A stretch of 64,000 nucleotides of DNA, taken from NCBI GenBank assembly GCA_951406725.2, contig OX597841.1, forward strand, positions 11,656,001 to 11,720,000. The letters run 5' to 3'. This document shows positions 40,390-54,563 of this stretch, in pieces (within the stretch, counting starts at the first letter, position 1; each line of letters starts with the position of its first letter). The notes under the pieces were generated by a model, which was not told the origin of the DNA, did no database searches, and saw only the letters and a program-made list of their open reading frames with translations. The stretch comes from Octopus vulgaris. Its lineage: Eukaryota. Position numbers and translations under genes: made by a program.

Positions 40390-40862
40390 CTTAGATATGT
40401 TTCGACCAAAGATTGGTCCAGGCCATGTCTAACTTAATAGCACCACCTGATAGGATTATTCGAATCCTGTTTAAGTCAAGTTTTGCTTATGGTCCATTCA
40501 AGTAGTGAGTTCTTGTTGGGTGAGTTGTATCTAATTATGGGTGGCTTATCTGGTATTCCTTGAAGGAATCTATCCAGACTCCGTTTAAAGTTGATGGGAT
40601 CCTTTTCCTCTTTGATCTTTCGGGACAATGTCAAATAGGGCAGGGCCTGTTGAGGAAAAGAAATTATGTTGCAGTGTATATGTATGCTGTGATCTTGAAT
40701 TGGGCAGGGGATGTATGGCCTGTGGTCCCAGTCTTGGATGAACCTTGAAGCTAATGTTAAGGTCGGTTGGGCAAAGTTGGCGGTATATTCTCCACATCGT
40801 ACAAATGATGTACCGCTCACGGCGACGCTGGAGATAGTAAAGTTTCAAGGCTTTAAGGCGGA
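40390..40862 (-). mobile_element. Divergent CR1-group LINE 3' fragment
   Basis: LKLYYLQRRRERYII..W.I..HPRLG..GPALF..FKRSLDRFL..IPDKP..NSL. Confidence 0.82.
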
Positions 40863-41338
40863 TATTATATATATTATATAAATATATATATTATATATAT
40901 CATCATCATCATAATTTAGCGTCCGCTTTCCATGCTAGCATGGGTTGGACGGTTTTGCTGGGGTCTGTGAAGCCAGAAGGCTTCATCAGGCCCAGTCAAA
41001 TCTGGCAGTGTTTCTACGGCTGGATGCCCTTCCTAACGCCAACCACTCCGTGAGTGTAGTGGGTGCTTTTTACGTGCCACCCGCACTGGTGCCAGACAGA
41101 GCTGGCAAACGGCCACGAACGGATGGTGCTTTTTATGTGCCACCGGCACGAGGGCCAGGCGAGGCTGGCAACGGACACGAAACGGGGCGGTGCTGGCAAC
41201 GGTCGCGAAACGGAAAGTTCTCTTACATGCCACCGGCACTGGTAACACATCTGCAATTTCCATTGATCGATTTCCATTGACCGATTTCGATTCTGATCCT
41301 CACTTGCCTCAATGGGTCTTCACAAGCAGAGTTTCGAC

Positions 41339-41409
<71 letters not shown>

Positions 41410-41442
41410 TATATATATATATATATAATATATATATATATA

Positions 41443-41492
<50 letters not shown>

Positions 41493-41678
41493 CATACACA
41501 TGCATAACCACAGAGAATCTAATGCATTGCCTCTGATCCAAACATCACACATAGCAACAGAAGAAAGTGATACAGTATGCAACAACAACCACAACCGCAA
41601 CAACAATCGCAACAACAAAAACGTCCACCCCTTGGTGGGGGCTGCTGTCAATAGAAGTTAATGCCAGAGATACTCTAC

Positions 41679-41846
41679 CATGACGTCTGTGAGCTGGATT
41701 CGAGCCTTGAACATCTGAGGCAGCAGCCGGAAGATGTGTGGTGGGGGCTTCGATTTAAGGGGTTTGCAGGTTCCTAAACAGCTGTCGGACCCATGGAATT
41801 GTAGAAGCAATACAAGTGTGAGAATTTCGAATAATGTCGGCAGCAT
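41679..41846 (-). CDS. Ependymin/LolA-like tandem-domain type I membrane protein, coding exon 1 (signal peptide)
   Basis: tttcag immediately before ATG; MLPTLFEILTLVLLLQFHGSDSCLGTC...LPQMFKARIQLTDVM; GT donor, phase 0; hydrophobic N-terminus. Confidence 0.8.
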
Positions 41847-41871
41847 CTGAAATATATTTCATAAGATATAG

Positions 41872-42360
41872 CATCATCGTCATCATTATTATCATCATCA
41901 CCACCACCACCGTCATCATTATCACCATCCTCATCATCATCACCATCATCGTCATTATCATCATTATCACCAACACCGCTATCATCATCCTCATCATCAT
42001 CATCATCATCATCATCATCGGCCTCGTTATCATCATCATTATTATCATCATCATCACCACCATCCCCACCACCATCACCTCCAACACTGCTAACATCATC
42101 ATCATCATCATCATCATCATCGTCCTCGTTATCATCATTATCCCCAACACCACTACCATAATCATCATCACCTCCATCCTCCTCCTCCTCCTTCTCATCA
42201 TCATCATCATCATCATTATCATCATCATTATTATCATCATCACCACCACCACCACCACCACCACCACCATCACCTCCAACACCGCTATCATCATCATCAT
42301 CATCGTCATCATTATCATCGCCATCATCATTATAATGATCATCAACACCAACACTATCAC
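41872..42360. repeat. (ATC/ACC)n compound microsatellite
   Basis: Direct inspection. Confidence 0.95.
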
Positions 42361-43655
42361 TATGGTGGTCCTGTAATTCTTATGTATCTCCCTTTTGAGC
42401 AGTTCTAAATAATGGCTCTTGGTAAGCTTATATATGTTGCCGGTTTTATCCGATTGGACCAGGATAGAAGATGCTAACAAAATTCCTTTAGGACAACCCT
42501 AACAGAATAAAATTTTTGTCTAGTAATTCTAAGATTAAGAATTCCATTTACCAGTGTAGAATTTCTTCCAGTACCGATGTTTTCTTTTATATAGGAGCAT
42601 CCACCTCTCAGTCATCCAAGAGAATTTCTAACCACTATTCGACATTCAGGGATAGGAAAAAACGACATAGTACAGGGCTAAGTAAATTAGTTTGGCGTCT
42701 TAAAGACAATGATATAATTTTCAAGTTAGATTGGTTCATATTGTCTGTATCCTTTCCTTTTGATAAGGGCAGGAGATTTTGTAACATTTGTAACTCTGAA
42801 CTCTTCCATATTCTTTTCGCTAAGGTTCCCCTAGTAAACACACTCATAGAAAAATCGTACAAATGTAAACACTGGCAGAAACACACTTTCTACTCATATA
42901 AATGATAACTGTTGTCACTGTGGTCTGAACAATTAGGTTCACGTCCACCCCACTGCTATAGAGAAATTCTTTCCTAAGCCTTCGAACATTCTTTCAATCA
43001 ACGTACACTTCCCTCTCCACTTGTTCCCTACCTATTACTCCTTTATACCTTCCCTTACTACTATCTATCTTTGACGTCTGTCTCTCTCTCACACACACAA
43101 TCACACACACAGACACAAATGCAGTTATACACACACACAAACACACGCACTCATTAACACAAGCACACACCCACACATTTCCATACATACAGCAAACATA
43201 CTGTCCCCTACCCATTATTACTTTATCCCTTTCCTTCCTCCTACTATCCATTTTTGACGTCATTTCTCCTAACGGATTAAAAAAAAAAAACACTCATTAT
43301 CGCTCTGTTTACCATGTAGGCAATCATCGAAATTTTTGTTTGTCTTGTTGTCGAGAGAGGCTCCCTTTCTTTCCTGATGAGAAGATTGCATAATGCACCC
43401 TTTGTTCCTTCGGAATGAAAATATGCTGTCTTCGAAACATGTGTCGAGAGTAAAGGAATTTTGTTAACATCTTCGTTCGACTCCATTCTTTCATTTATTC
43501 ATATACAACACACAAATTTCTGCACATGAACCCGGAGTTTCTACCATTGACAGGTCGCTTCAGCCGTGTTTTCTGACGTGAATTTGCTACCCAGGTTTCA
43601 GTTAAACGAATTTTCCATACTGACGATAGACATAGGATAATTCATTCACCTACTT
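42360..43655 (+). mobile_element. Penelope-like retroelement fragment (GIY-YIG endonuclease, 3' region with hammerhead, inverted RT-proximal piece)
   Basis: ORF 42516-42905 SIYQC..YIG..KRISNH..TGLSKLVWRLK..W..CNICNSE..LVN..E..CKH; 42360-42480 reads SDKTGNIY..YLELL..I.KNY on the minus strand. Confidence 0.8.
43369..43450 (+). ncRNA. Minimal type I hammerhead ribozyme in the 3' pseudo-LTR of a Penelope-like element
   Basis: CTTTC-CTGATGA-GAAGA..GCATA..TATGC..TCTTC-GAAA-C ATGT G-TC-GAGAG, about 460 bp downstream of a GIY-YIG ORF. Confidence 0.8.
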
Positions 43656-43684
43656 ATATATATATATATATGTATGTATGTATG

Positions 43685-43716
<32 letters not shown>

Positions 43717-43721
43717 CATAT

Positions 43722-44098
43722 GTGGAGGCACAATGGCCCAGTGGTTAGGGCAGTGGACTTGCGGTTGTGGGATCGCGATTTTGATTCCTAACCCGGGCAT
43801 TGTGAGTGTTTATTGAGCGCAGACACCTAAATCTCTACAAGTCTCAGCATGGAGTGGTGGTGGTGAACCTTGTGCTCTTTCACCACAACTTTCTCTCACT
43901 CTTTCTTCCTGTTTCTGTTGTACCTGTATTTCAAAGGTGCCAGCCCTGTCACACTCTCTGTCACGCTGAATCTCCCTGAAAACTACATTAAGGGTACATG
44001 CGTCTGTGGAGTGCTCAGCCACTTGCATGTTAACTTCATGAGCAGGCTATTCTGTTGATCAGATCCACTGTAACCCTTGTCGTCATAACCGACGGAGT
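43722..44098 (+). mobile_element. tRNA-derived SINE (family D); related copy at about 46320-46521(-)
   Basis: TGGCCCAGTGGTTAG A box; B-box-like gattcc (ggtttcgattccc in the second copy). Confidence 0.72.
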
Positions 44099-44110
44099 GG
44101 CATGGTATAC

Positions 44111-44149
<39 letters not shown>

Positions 44150-44667
44150 CATATCATCATCATCATCATCATCATCATCATTTAGCGTCCGCTTTCCATG
44201 CTAGCATGGGTTGGATGGTTCAACTGGGGTCTGGGAAGCCAGAAGGCTGCACCAGGCCCAGTCTGATCTGGCAATGTTTCTACGGCTGGATGCCCTTCCT
44301 AATGCCAACCACTCCGTGAGTGTAGTGGGTGCTTTTTACCTGCTTTTACCAGCGCAGGTGCAGACGAGGCTGGCAAACGGCCACGATCGGATGGTGCTTT
44401 TTACATGCCACCGGCACGGAGGAAAGTCGGGGCGGCGCTACATATGTGTATATACATACACACACACACACACATACACACACACATTCATACACACATA
44501 CACATGTACAAATACATGCATGTATGTATGTATGTATATAATGTGTGTGTGTATGTGTGTGTGTGTGTATGTATATATACATTTATACGTATGTATATTT
44601 ATATATACATATATTCAAGCACACACACACACACGTGTATACATACATACATACATATATATATATA

Positions 44668-44712
<45 letters not shown>

Positions 44713-45629
44713 GTGTATATATGTATGTGTTTCTTAAGGATTTATGTTTTCTTCCAACTACCGATGACTGTGCATGCGTGTACATGTGTATATTATGTGT
44801 GTGTGTGTGTGTCTGCTGGTATGTGTGCATGTGATGAGACAATGGTGTCACCATGGTAAACAAAAGACACATTAGGTGTGTCTAATCCGCTTAGATTAAC
44901 TAATGCCCCTCCCACCCCCAACACTTTTCAAATGAGGATTAATGACACAACTAATTAAAAAAAAAAAAATAAATGCTCGTTATATAAAACTTAATTAAGA
45001 CAACCTAAATAACCGAAATATTTCTGCTGACATGCTGCTGTTGTTGTTGTTGATGCTGCTGCTGCTGCTGTTGTTAATCGTTTCCTGACAAATGGAACCC
45101 AGGATCGACAGAATTTACTGAAGACCTTGAAGAGTGAGGAGAGGTCTTTGAAGGGGTCGTGATTAATGATTAAAGGATTCTGGCAATCAGCTGATTGATC
45201 ACTTCATCATTACACTAAACAATAATTAAACAATCAGGTGCACAGGTGTGGCTGTGTGGTAAGTAGCTTGCTTACCAGCAACATGGTTCCGGGTTCAGTC
45301 CCACCACAAGGCACCTTTGGCAAATATCTTCTACTAGGGCTTCAGGCCAATCAAAGCCTTGCGAGCAGATTTTGAAGTCTATGTATATGTTTGTGTGTCT
45401 GTGTTTGTCACCCCAACATCGCTTGACAACTGATGCTGGTGTGTTTACATCCCCGTAACTTAGCAGTTCGGCAAAAGAGATCGATAGAATAAGTACTAGG
45501 TTTAGAAAGATTAAGTCCTGGGGTCGATCTTCTTGACTAAAAGGTGTTGCTCCAGCATGGCAACAGTCACATAACTAAAACAAGTAAAAGAGTAAAAGAG
45601 AAAAGTGAAAGAATGGAGTAGAGGTAAGT

Positions 45630-46105
45630 AGAGAAAATCAAGTGTAGTGTTGGCGAATCTCAGGAAGCATGGAAGTTTTGAAGGATGCAGTGCTCCGACA
45701 GCTAACAACTGATGCCGGCAGTTTGTTCCATGCTTCAGCAACTCTCAGCGTGAAAAAATGTTTCCTGAAGTCATGGGAGCTGTGCTGTTTTCTGACTTTG
45801 TAAACATGTCCACGGGTGTTAGACGGGTGGAGTTTGAAAAGGTGCTCAGAGTTATTGTTGGTAAGATGGTTAATAAATATATGGATGTCTGCATATGCAG
45901 TAATGTACAAATGTCTGGAAAGCGAACAGTGTATGAGTCAGACACATGCTTGCGTGTGTATGGATGGGAGAAAAATCGGGTGTAGTGTTGGCGAATCTCA
46001 GGAAGCATGGAAGTTTTGAAGGATGCAGTGCTCCGACAACTAACAACTGATGCCAGCAGTTTGTTCCATGCTTCTGCAAATCTTAGCATGAAAAAATGTT
46101 TCCGA
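45630..46105 (-). mobile_element. CR1/L2-type LINE 3' end, partial tandem copies
   Basis: TRGHVYK..RKHFFTLRVAEAWNKLPASVV..FK; the C-terminal part is repeated. Confidence 0.8.
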
Positions 46106-46519
46106 AAGAGACCGATAGAATAAGTACTAGGCTTACAAAGAATAAGTCCTGGGGTCGATTTGCTCGACTAAAGGCGGTGCTCCAGCATGGCCACAGTCAA
46201 ATGACTGAAACAAGTAAAAGAGTAAAAGAGTATATATATCACGTGATCACTTGACCGACCAGGCTATCAGATGTTGTTACACATCGCTGGTCACAATGCG
46301 CTTCACATTGTTTTAGCTGGCTAAGTGAGCAGGCCAATTGAAGAAAGAGTGAAAGTTGTGGCGAAAGAGTACAGCAGGGATCACCACCACTCCCCTGCTA
46401 GAGCCTTGTGGAGCTTTTTATGTGTTTTCGCTCAATAAACACAACGCCTGGTCTGGGAATCGAAACCGCGATCCTACAACCCCGAGTCCGCTGCCCTAAC
46501 CACTGGGCCATTGCACCTC

Positions 46520-46687
<168 letters not shown>

Positions 46688-46974
46688 TACACACATATAT
46701 ATGTCTTGTGCTGGCCTGGTGAACCTCCAGAGAAGCCATATGGAAAAACCTGTTACAGACAGACAGACAATGACTTTCTTGTTGGGGGTCAACCTTACTT
46801 GTACTCTGGGTCAAGAAATGTGCGTAAATTGTTCAGGTTCATCTAGGTGCATGAGAATGTCCAGAGAAAATCATCGGAATGGTTCAGAACAACCAAGAGG
46901 TCAGAAGAATTTGTATGAATATCGAACCATTGTCATCCTGACAAAATGTAAGGCTGTGATACAGTTCTGTTAGT

Positions 46975-48065
46975 CTAAGCCACTTTGACTATTGCTCTCA
47001 GCTATGGTCACCATCCAGTGTCAAGTTAATCACATAACTTGAGGCGATCCAACGAAGCTACACAAAGAAGATAGCCTCTGTGCAGCATATAAGCTACTGG
47101 GAAAGACTCAAGAGATTAAAACTCTATTCCTTAGAGCGTAGGCGAGAAAGATATGCCATAATATACATCTGGAAGATCCTGGAAAGACTTGTCCCAAACT
47201 TTGGCATCGAGAGTTACACATATATATACATATACACATATATATATACATACATATACATATATACATATACATATATATATATACATATATATACATA
47301 TAAATACATATATATATATATATATATATACATATATATATACATATATATATGTTGCTAAATTGGCAATGAAATGTAGGCGACTGGCCGGATGGATTCT
47401 TAGAACCTTAGAACAAGAGACCAGTAAACCATGATGGTCCTCTGGAGGACACTTGTCCTAAGCCACTTTGACTATTGCTCTCAGCTATGGTCACCATCCA
47501 GTGTCAAGTTAATCACAGAACTTGAGGCGATCCAACGAAGCTACATGAAGAAGATAGCCTCTGTACAGAATATAAGCTACTGGGAAAGACTCAAGAGATT
47601 AAGACTCTATTCCTTAGAGTGTAGGCGAGAAAGATATGCCATAATATACATCTGGAAGATCCTAGAAGGACTTGTCCCAAACTTTGGCATCGAGAGTTAC
47701 ATAAATACTAGAATTGGGCGCCACTGCATAGTATCAAGGACTCCAAATTTGCCATCAGGATGTAGGACAAGATACTGTGATAGCCTGGGCTTCAGAGGCC
47801 CACAGCTCTTCAATATCCTCCCGAAGGACCTGAGAGACCTGCATGGGGTGGATGCAGATGTCTTCAAAATAAAACAGGATCTCTTCCTGTCAGGTGTCCC
47901 AGATGAACCAACTTCGTGGCAAGAGGTGCAGATGAGGGCAGCTGCATCTATCTCTCTCATGCACCAAATGGCAGTTGCTAAAAAGCATTCGTGAAGTAAA
48001 ATCATGTAGCAACACTGAATGGCGGTGCCCCAGCATGGTCACAGCTCGTGAGCTGAAATTGGATA
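46975..48065 (+). mobile_element. CR1-group LINE 3' part with internal partial duplication split by (TA)n
   Basis: ORF 47431-47994 near-identical to the 2.2-kb copy; 46975-47217 repeats 47457-47700. Confidence 0.9.
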
Positions 48066-48239
48066 AAATTTTTAAAAAATAATAAAAACACATACACACA
48101 CACACACATAAGATCCAAGGACTGAAGTGGAGGAAGAAAGATTCAAGCAATCCATAGTAAATACAGATTCTGATTGAATTTTCCGTGTGTAAACATGTAC
48201 CTCCTTTTGACAGTGTAAACTTCCTTTAATCAAGATACC

Positions 48240-48840
48240 TATTTCTTTACTACCCACAAGGGGCTAAACACAGAGAGGACAAACAAGGACAGACAAACAG
48301 ATTAAGTCAATTATATCGACCCCAGTGTGTAACTGGTACTTAATTTATCGACCCTGAAAGGATGAAAGGCAAAGTCGACCTTGGCGGAATTTGAACTCAG
48401 AACGTAATGGTAGACGAATATACCTATTTCTTTACAACCCACAAGGGGCTAAACACAGAGGGGACAAACAAGGACAGACAAACAGATTAAGTCAATTATA
48501 TTGACCCCAGTGCGTAACTGGTACTTAATTTATTGACTCTGAAAGGATGAAAGGCAAAGTCGACCTCGGCGGAATTTGAACTACAACGTAACGCCGACGA
48601 AATACCTATTTCTTTACTACCCACAAGGGGCTAAACACAGAGAGGACAAACAAAGACAGACAAACAGATTAAGTCAATTATATCGACCCCAGTGTGTAAC
48701 TGGTACTTAATTTATCGACCCTGAAAGGATGAAAGGCAAAGTCGACCTCAGCGGAATTTGAACTCAGAACGTAATGGCAGACGAAATACGGCTATGCATT
48801 TCGCCCGGCGTGCTAACGATTCTGCCATCTCGCCACCTTA
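48240..48840 (-). mobile_element. SINE family B trimer with 16-bp TSD
   Basis: ctttaatcaagatacc at 48224-48239 and 48841-48856. Confidence 0.9.
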
Positions 48841-49185
48841 CTTTAATCAAGATACCCTTGGCCTGAAGGGTAGCCTGCAGTGTGCAGCTCACTTAGATAT
48901 TCCCCAATTCTGAGGTTCTGCTTGCTATGCAACATATGTAACCTGGATCTTACCTCTACTCCATTCTTTCACTTTTCTCTTTTACTCTTTTACTTGTTTC
49001 AGTCATTTGACTGCGGCCATGCTGGAGCACCGCCTTTTAGTTGAGCAAATCGACACCCAGAACTTATTCTTTGTAAGCCTAGTACTTATTCTATCAGTCT
49101 CTTTTGCCGAACCACTAAGTAACAGGGACGTAAACAAACCAGTATTGGTTGTCAAGCGATGTTGGGGACACACACACAGACACAC

Positions 49186-49235
<50 letters not shown>

Positions 49236-50761
49236 GACGAGCTTCTTTCAGTTTCCGTCTACCAAAGCCACTCACAAGGCTTCAGTCGGCCCGAGGCTAT
49301 AGTAGAAGACACTTGCCCAAGGTGCCACACAGTGGGACTGAACCCGGAACCATGTGGTTGGTAAACAAGCTACTTACCACACAGCCACTCCTGCACCTAT
49401 AGCCACTTCTTCTGTGTATATAAATTTAATTAAAGGTTGTGTGAACCTCATGAAGGGATGGTGTCAGCCAAGGAAATACTGGTTCAATGCCAAGCATCTT
49501 TGGGGAATTAATTTCCTTCAAATAATAGGTTTTCTTTTATTCTTTTATCAACCCCAGGATTTATTCTTTGGTAAGCCTAGGACTTATTATATTGGTCTCT
49601 TTCGCTGAACCGCTAAGTTACAAGGATGTAAACACACCAACATCGGTTGTCAAGCAATGGTGGATGGGGGAACAAACATACACACACACACATTTGTACC
49701 ATGGGTTTCTTTCAGATCCTTATTTCCTTATGGACCACAAGGGGATAAACACAGAGGGGACAAACAAGGACAGACCAAGGGATTAAGTCGATTATATCGA
49801 CCCCAGTGTGTAACTGGTACTTCATTTATCAACCCCGAAAGGATGAAAGGCAAAGTCGATCTCGGCGGAATTTGAACTCAGAACGTAACGGCAGACGAAA
49901 TACGGCTACGCATTTCACCCGGCGTGCTAACGTTTCTACCAGCTCGCCGCCTTTATATATATATATGTATATATATATGTGTGTGTGTCTGTGTTTGTCC
50001 CCCCAATATCGCTTGACAACCAATGCTGGTGTGTTTATGTCTCCGTTACTTAACAGTTTGGCAAAAGAGACTGATAGAATAAGTACTAGGCTTACAAAGA
50101 ATAAGTCCTGGGTTCGATTTGCTCGACTAAAGGCGGTGCTCCTGGATGGCCGCAGTCAAATGACTGAAGCAAGTAAAAGAGACCGATAGAATAAGTACTG
50201 GGCTTACAAAGAATAAGTCCTGAGGTCGATTTGCTCGACCAAAAGGCGGTGCTCCAGCATGGCCGCAGTCAAATGACTGAAACAAGTAAAAGAGTAAAAG
50301 AGTAAGACCTGCTACAGTATGCTGCTAATGCAGAAGAATTTACCAAAAATGGACATGAATTCCGAACAAGAACAGCCAACAACAGAGAAGAAACCCTAGT
50401 CCAGATGGAATTACATGGTCGGTGCCAACATGAAACCAACAAATTAAAAGACCAGGAGACATCATGGGGGTGGCTTAACTAACCCCTCTTGTACCCCGGC
50501 TATGAATTCTCATTTCTTACCCCTCTACGTAGGCGCTTCAGGTTGGTTACCCACAAATTTGTACAAAACCCTAGAAATGTTAGGGTGTTTTGTTTCTTAA
50601 GGAAGAGCAAAACACACAGCTCAAACACATACACAAACAGTAGGAACTCCCTTGACAGAAAAGATCTTCGTTTGATAGCAACTGACTGGAACTCTCTTAA
50701 GAACACAAAAAACTCAAAAGGAAAAACATATATATAGAAGCGTACACACATACACACACAC

Positions 50762-50798
<37 letters not shown>

Positions 50799-50820
50799 TG
50801 TACACACATACACACACACA

Positions 50821-50852
<32 letters not shown>

Positions 50853-50940
50853 AGTGTATGCACATACACACACACACACATACATATGTATATATATATA
50901 TTTATATATATATAAGTGTACGCACGTACACACGCACATA

Positions 50941-50972
<32 letters not shown>

Positions 50973-51021
50973 AATACATATATATACATATATGTGTGTG
51001 TGTATGTGTGTACAGGCCCAG

Positions 51022-51073
<52 letters not shown>

Positions 51074-51801
51074 GTGTACGCACATACACACGCACACATA
51101 TGTATATATATATATATATATATCAGACTGGGACTGGCGCAGCCTTCTGGGTTCCCAGACCCCAGTTGAACCATCCAACCTATGCTAGCATGGAAAGCGG
51201 ACATTAAACGATGATGATGATGATGATATATATAGGGAAAGTTTACAAAAAAAACCACTAAAGACGAAGACAGGTGGTGTACAAAACAAACAGATGTATT
51301 AGTATAACGCTCAGGAATAGAAAAAGTCTTTTACATTTCGAGCCTACGCTCTTCTACAGAAAGGGACACAGAAAAAAACAAGGAGAGAAAACAATGTGTG
51401 TAGTGGCTAACGATCTATCATGGTGTATATATATATGTGTGTGTTTGTACATATATGTATATCATTGTTGTCATTTAACGTCTGCTTTCCATGCTGGCAT
51501 GGGTTGGATGGTTTGACTGAGGTCTGGCATGCCAGAAGGCTGCACCAGGCTCCAGTCTGATCTGGCAAGGTTCCCACGGCTGGATGCCCTTCCTAATGCC
51601 AAACACTCCGAGAATGTAGTGAGTGCTTTTTTGTGTGTCACCGGAACGAGAGCCAGTCAGGTGCCACTAGCATTGACCATGCTTGAATGGTGCTTTTTAT
51701 GTGCCACCGGCACAGGAGCCAGTCAGGTGCCACTAAAACAATACATAATGCCATCCATATGAAAGACAACCTAAAAATAAATGCTTCAGAGCTTCATTAT
51801 A

Positions 51802-51844
<43 letters not shown>

Positions 51845-52290
51845 TTTTTACTCTTTTACTTGTTTCAGTCAGTTGACTGCGGCCATGCTGGAGTACCGCC
51901 TTTAGACGAGCAAATCGACCCCAGGACTTATTCTTTGTAAACCTAGTACTTATTCTATCGGTATATTTTGCCGAACCACTAAGTTACGGGGACGTAAACA
52001 CAGCAGCATCGGTTGTCAAGTGATGTGGGGGGGGGACAAACACAGACACACAAACATATACTCACACACACACACACATATATATATACATATATACGAC
52101 GGGCTTCTTTCAGTTTCCATCTACCAAATCCACTCACAAGGCTTTGGTCGGCTCGAAGCTGTAGTAGAAGACACTTGCCCAAGGTGCCACGCAGCGGGAC
52201 TGAACCCGGAACCATGTGGTTGGCAAGCAAGCTACTTACCACACAGCCACTCCTGCGCCTATATATATATAACATGACGCACAGACACAC

Positions 52291-52350
<60 letters not shown>

Positions 52351-52917
52351 CATTGTGTACAGTGCTCAGGTGCACTACAACTCATCTAAAGTGTATGTAT
52401 AATCAGGTGTAGTTTCGGCGGATATGTATCCAGATTTCACTTACCTCGGGAAACATCTGTATTGTATATAGGCATATATATCTATGAGTGTGTGTATGTG
52501 TTTGTGTGTGTGTATGTATATATACACACATGCACAGCTACAGCAACGACAAACTACAATTACTGCGTGTAGGAAATGTAGAAGTATTTAACAATTGTAA
52601 GTTTATGTACAAATGTGTGTGAGTGTGTGTGTGTGTACGTGTGTATTATATATGCATTTATGTTCTTCTTCCTGTTGTTGTTGTATTAGTTGTTGCTGTT
52701 AAATCCTTCCCTGTTGTTGTCCGAAGCTCTTAAACACAGACACCCTACAACAAGGGCCAGATGTGACCATCTGCTGCTGGGGGAAGACGGTTGGTGTGTG
52801 AGCCGTGAGTTGCAGATGCGAGCGGGAGTGAGAGTGAGAGTGAGAGTTAGAGTGAGAGTGAAGGTATGAGTGTGGGTGGCAAAGGAAGATTCCACTGCTG
52901 ACAATCTCTGCTCTAAT

Positions 52918-53790
52918 TGTGATGGTGGTGGTGGTGATGATGATGAGTGATGGTGGTGGAGATGGTGGTGGTGGTTGTAGAGGTGGTGGTGGTGGTGATG
53001 ATGATGGTGGTGGTTGTAGTGGTGGTAGTGGTGATGATGGTGGTGATGATGAGTGATGGTGGGGGAGATGGTGGTGGTGGTTGTAGTGGTGGTAGTGGTG
53101 ATGATGGTGGTGATGATGAGTGATGGTGGTGAGTGGTGGTGGTGGTTGTAGTGGTGGTAGTGGTGATGATGGTGGTGATGATGAGTGATGGTGGGGGAGA
53201 TGGTGGTGGTGGTTGTAGTGGTGGTAGTGGTGATGATGGTGGTGATGATGAGTGATGGTGGGGGGTGGTGGTGGTGGTGGTAGTGGTGTGGTGGGTGGTG
53301 ATGGTGGTGGTGGTGGTGGTTGTAGCGGTGATGGTGGTGGTTGTGGTGGTGGTGGTGACAATGCTGATGATGAGTGATGGTGGTGGGGATGGTGGTGGTG
53401 GTGGTGATGATGATGATGGTGGTGGTTGTGGTGATAGTGGTGGTGGTTGTAGTGGTGGTGGTTGTGGTGATGGTGGTGGTGGTGATGGTGGTTGTAGTGG
53501 TGGTGGTTGTAGTGGTGGTGGTGGTGATGATGATGGTGGTGGTTGTAGTGGTGATGGGGGTGGTGGTGGTTGTGGTGATAGTGGCAGTAGTGGTGGTGTG
53601 GTGGTGGTAGTGGTGTTGTAGTGGTGTTGGTGGTGGTGGTTGTGGTGATGGTGGTGGTAGTGGTGGTGGTTGTGGTGATGGTGGTGGTGGTGGTGGTTGT
53701 GGTGATGGTGGTGGTGATAATAGTGGTGGTGGTGGTGGTGGCGATGCTGGTAATGGAGGCAGTATCAGTGGTTATGGTGGTGGTGGTGGA
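52918..53790. repeat. (GGT/GAT)n compound microsatellite with higher-order units
   Basis: Direct inspection. Confidence 0.95.
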
Positions 53791-54084
53791 GACAGGGGGC
53801 AAGGGGGAAGAGAGTGGTGGGGGGTTGGTAGACAATCCTCAGATTATCTTCAAGATGGTGGAAGGCCGTGAGAAAAGAGAAACGAACACGAGAGGATAAA
53901 ATTAGGCAAATAGAGAGTGGGACGACACAAACAAACAACAACAACAACAACAACGATGATGATGATGATGACTCCGTTTATTTGCCACCAGGGCAAAGGA
54001 TGAGGGGGACGAATCAAGGACAGACATAAAGTGTGGGCGTTTACATATAAAGAAAGGATAAAATAATTAAATAACAAAATAACA

Positions 54085-54085
54085 A

Positions 54086-54138
<53 letters not shown>

Positions 54139-54390
54139 TAATAATACAACAACAACAATAATAATAATAATAATAACAATAATAAGAAGAAGAAGAAGAA
54201 GAAAAAGAAGAATAACAACAACACTAATAATAATGATAATGATAATAATAATGATAATAACAATAACAATAATAATAATAATAATGATAATAATAATAAT
54301 AATGATAATAACAACAACAACAATAATAATAATAATAACAATAATAATAATAAGAAGAAGAAGAAGAAGAAGAAGTAGAAAAAGAATAAT

Positions 54391-54423
<33 letters not shown>

Positions 54424-54460
54424 AATAATAATAATAACAATAACAATAATAATGATGATG

Positions 54461-54503
<43 letters not shown>

Positions 54504-54563
54504 TAATAATGATAATAATAATAATAATAATAACAACAACAAAAACAACAACAACAATAATAA
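54085..54563. repeat. (AAT/AAC/AAG)n compound microsatellite
   Basis: Direct inspection. Confidence 0.95.
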
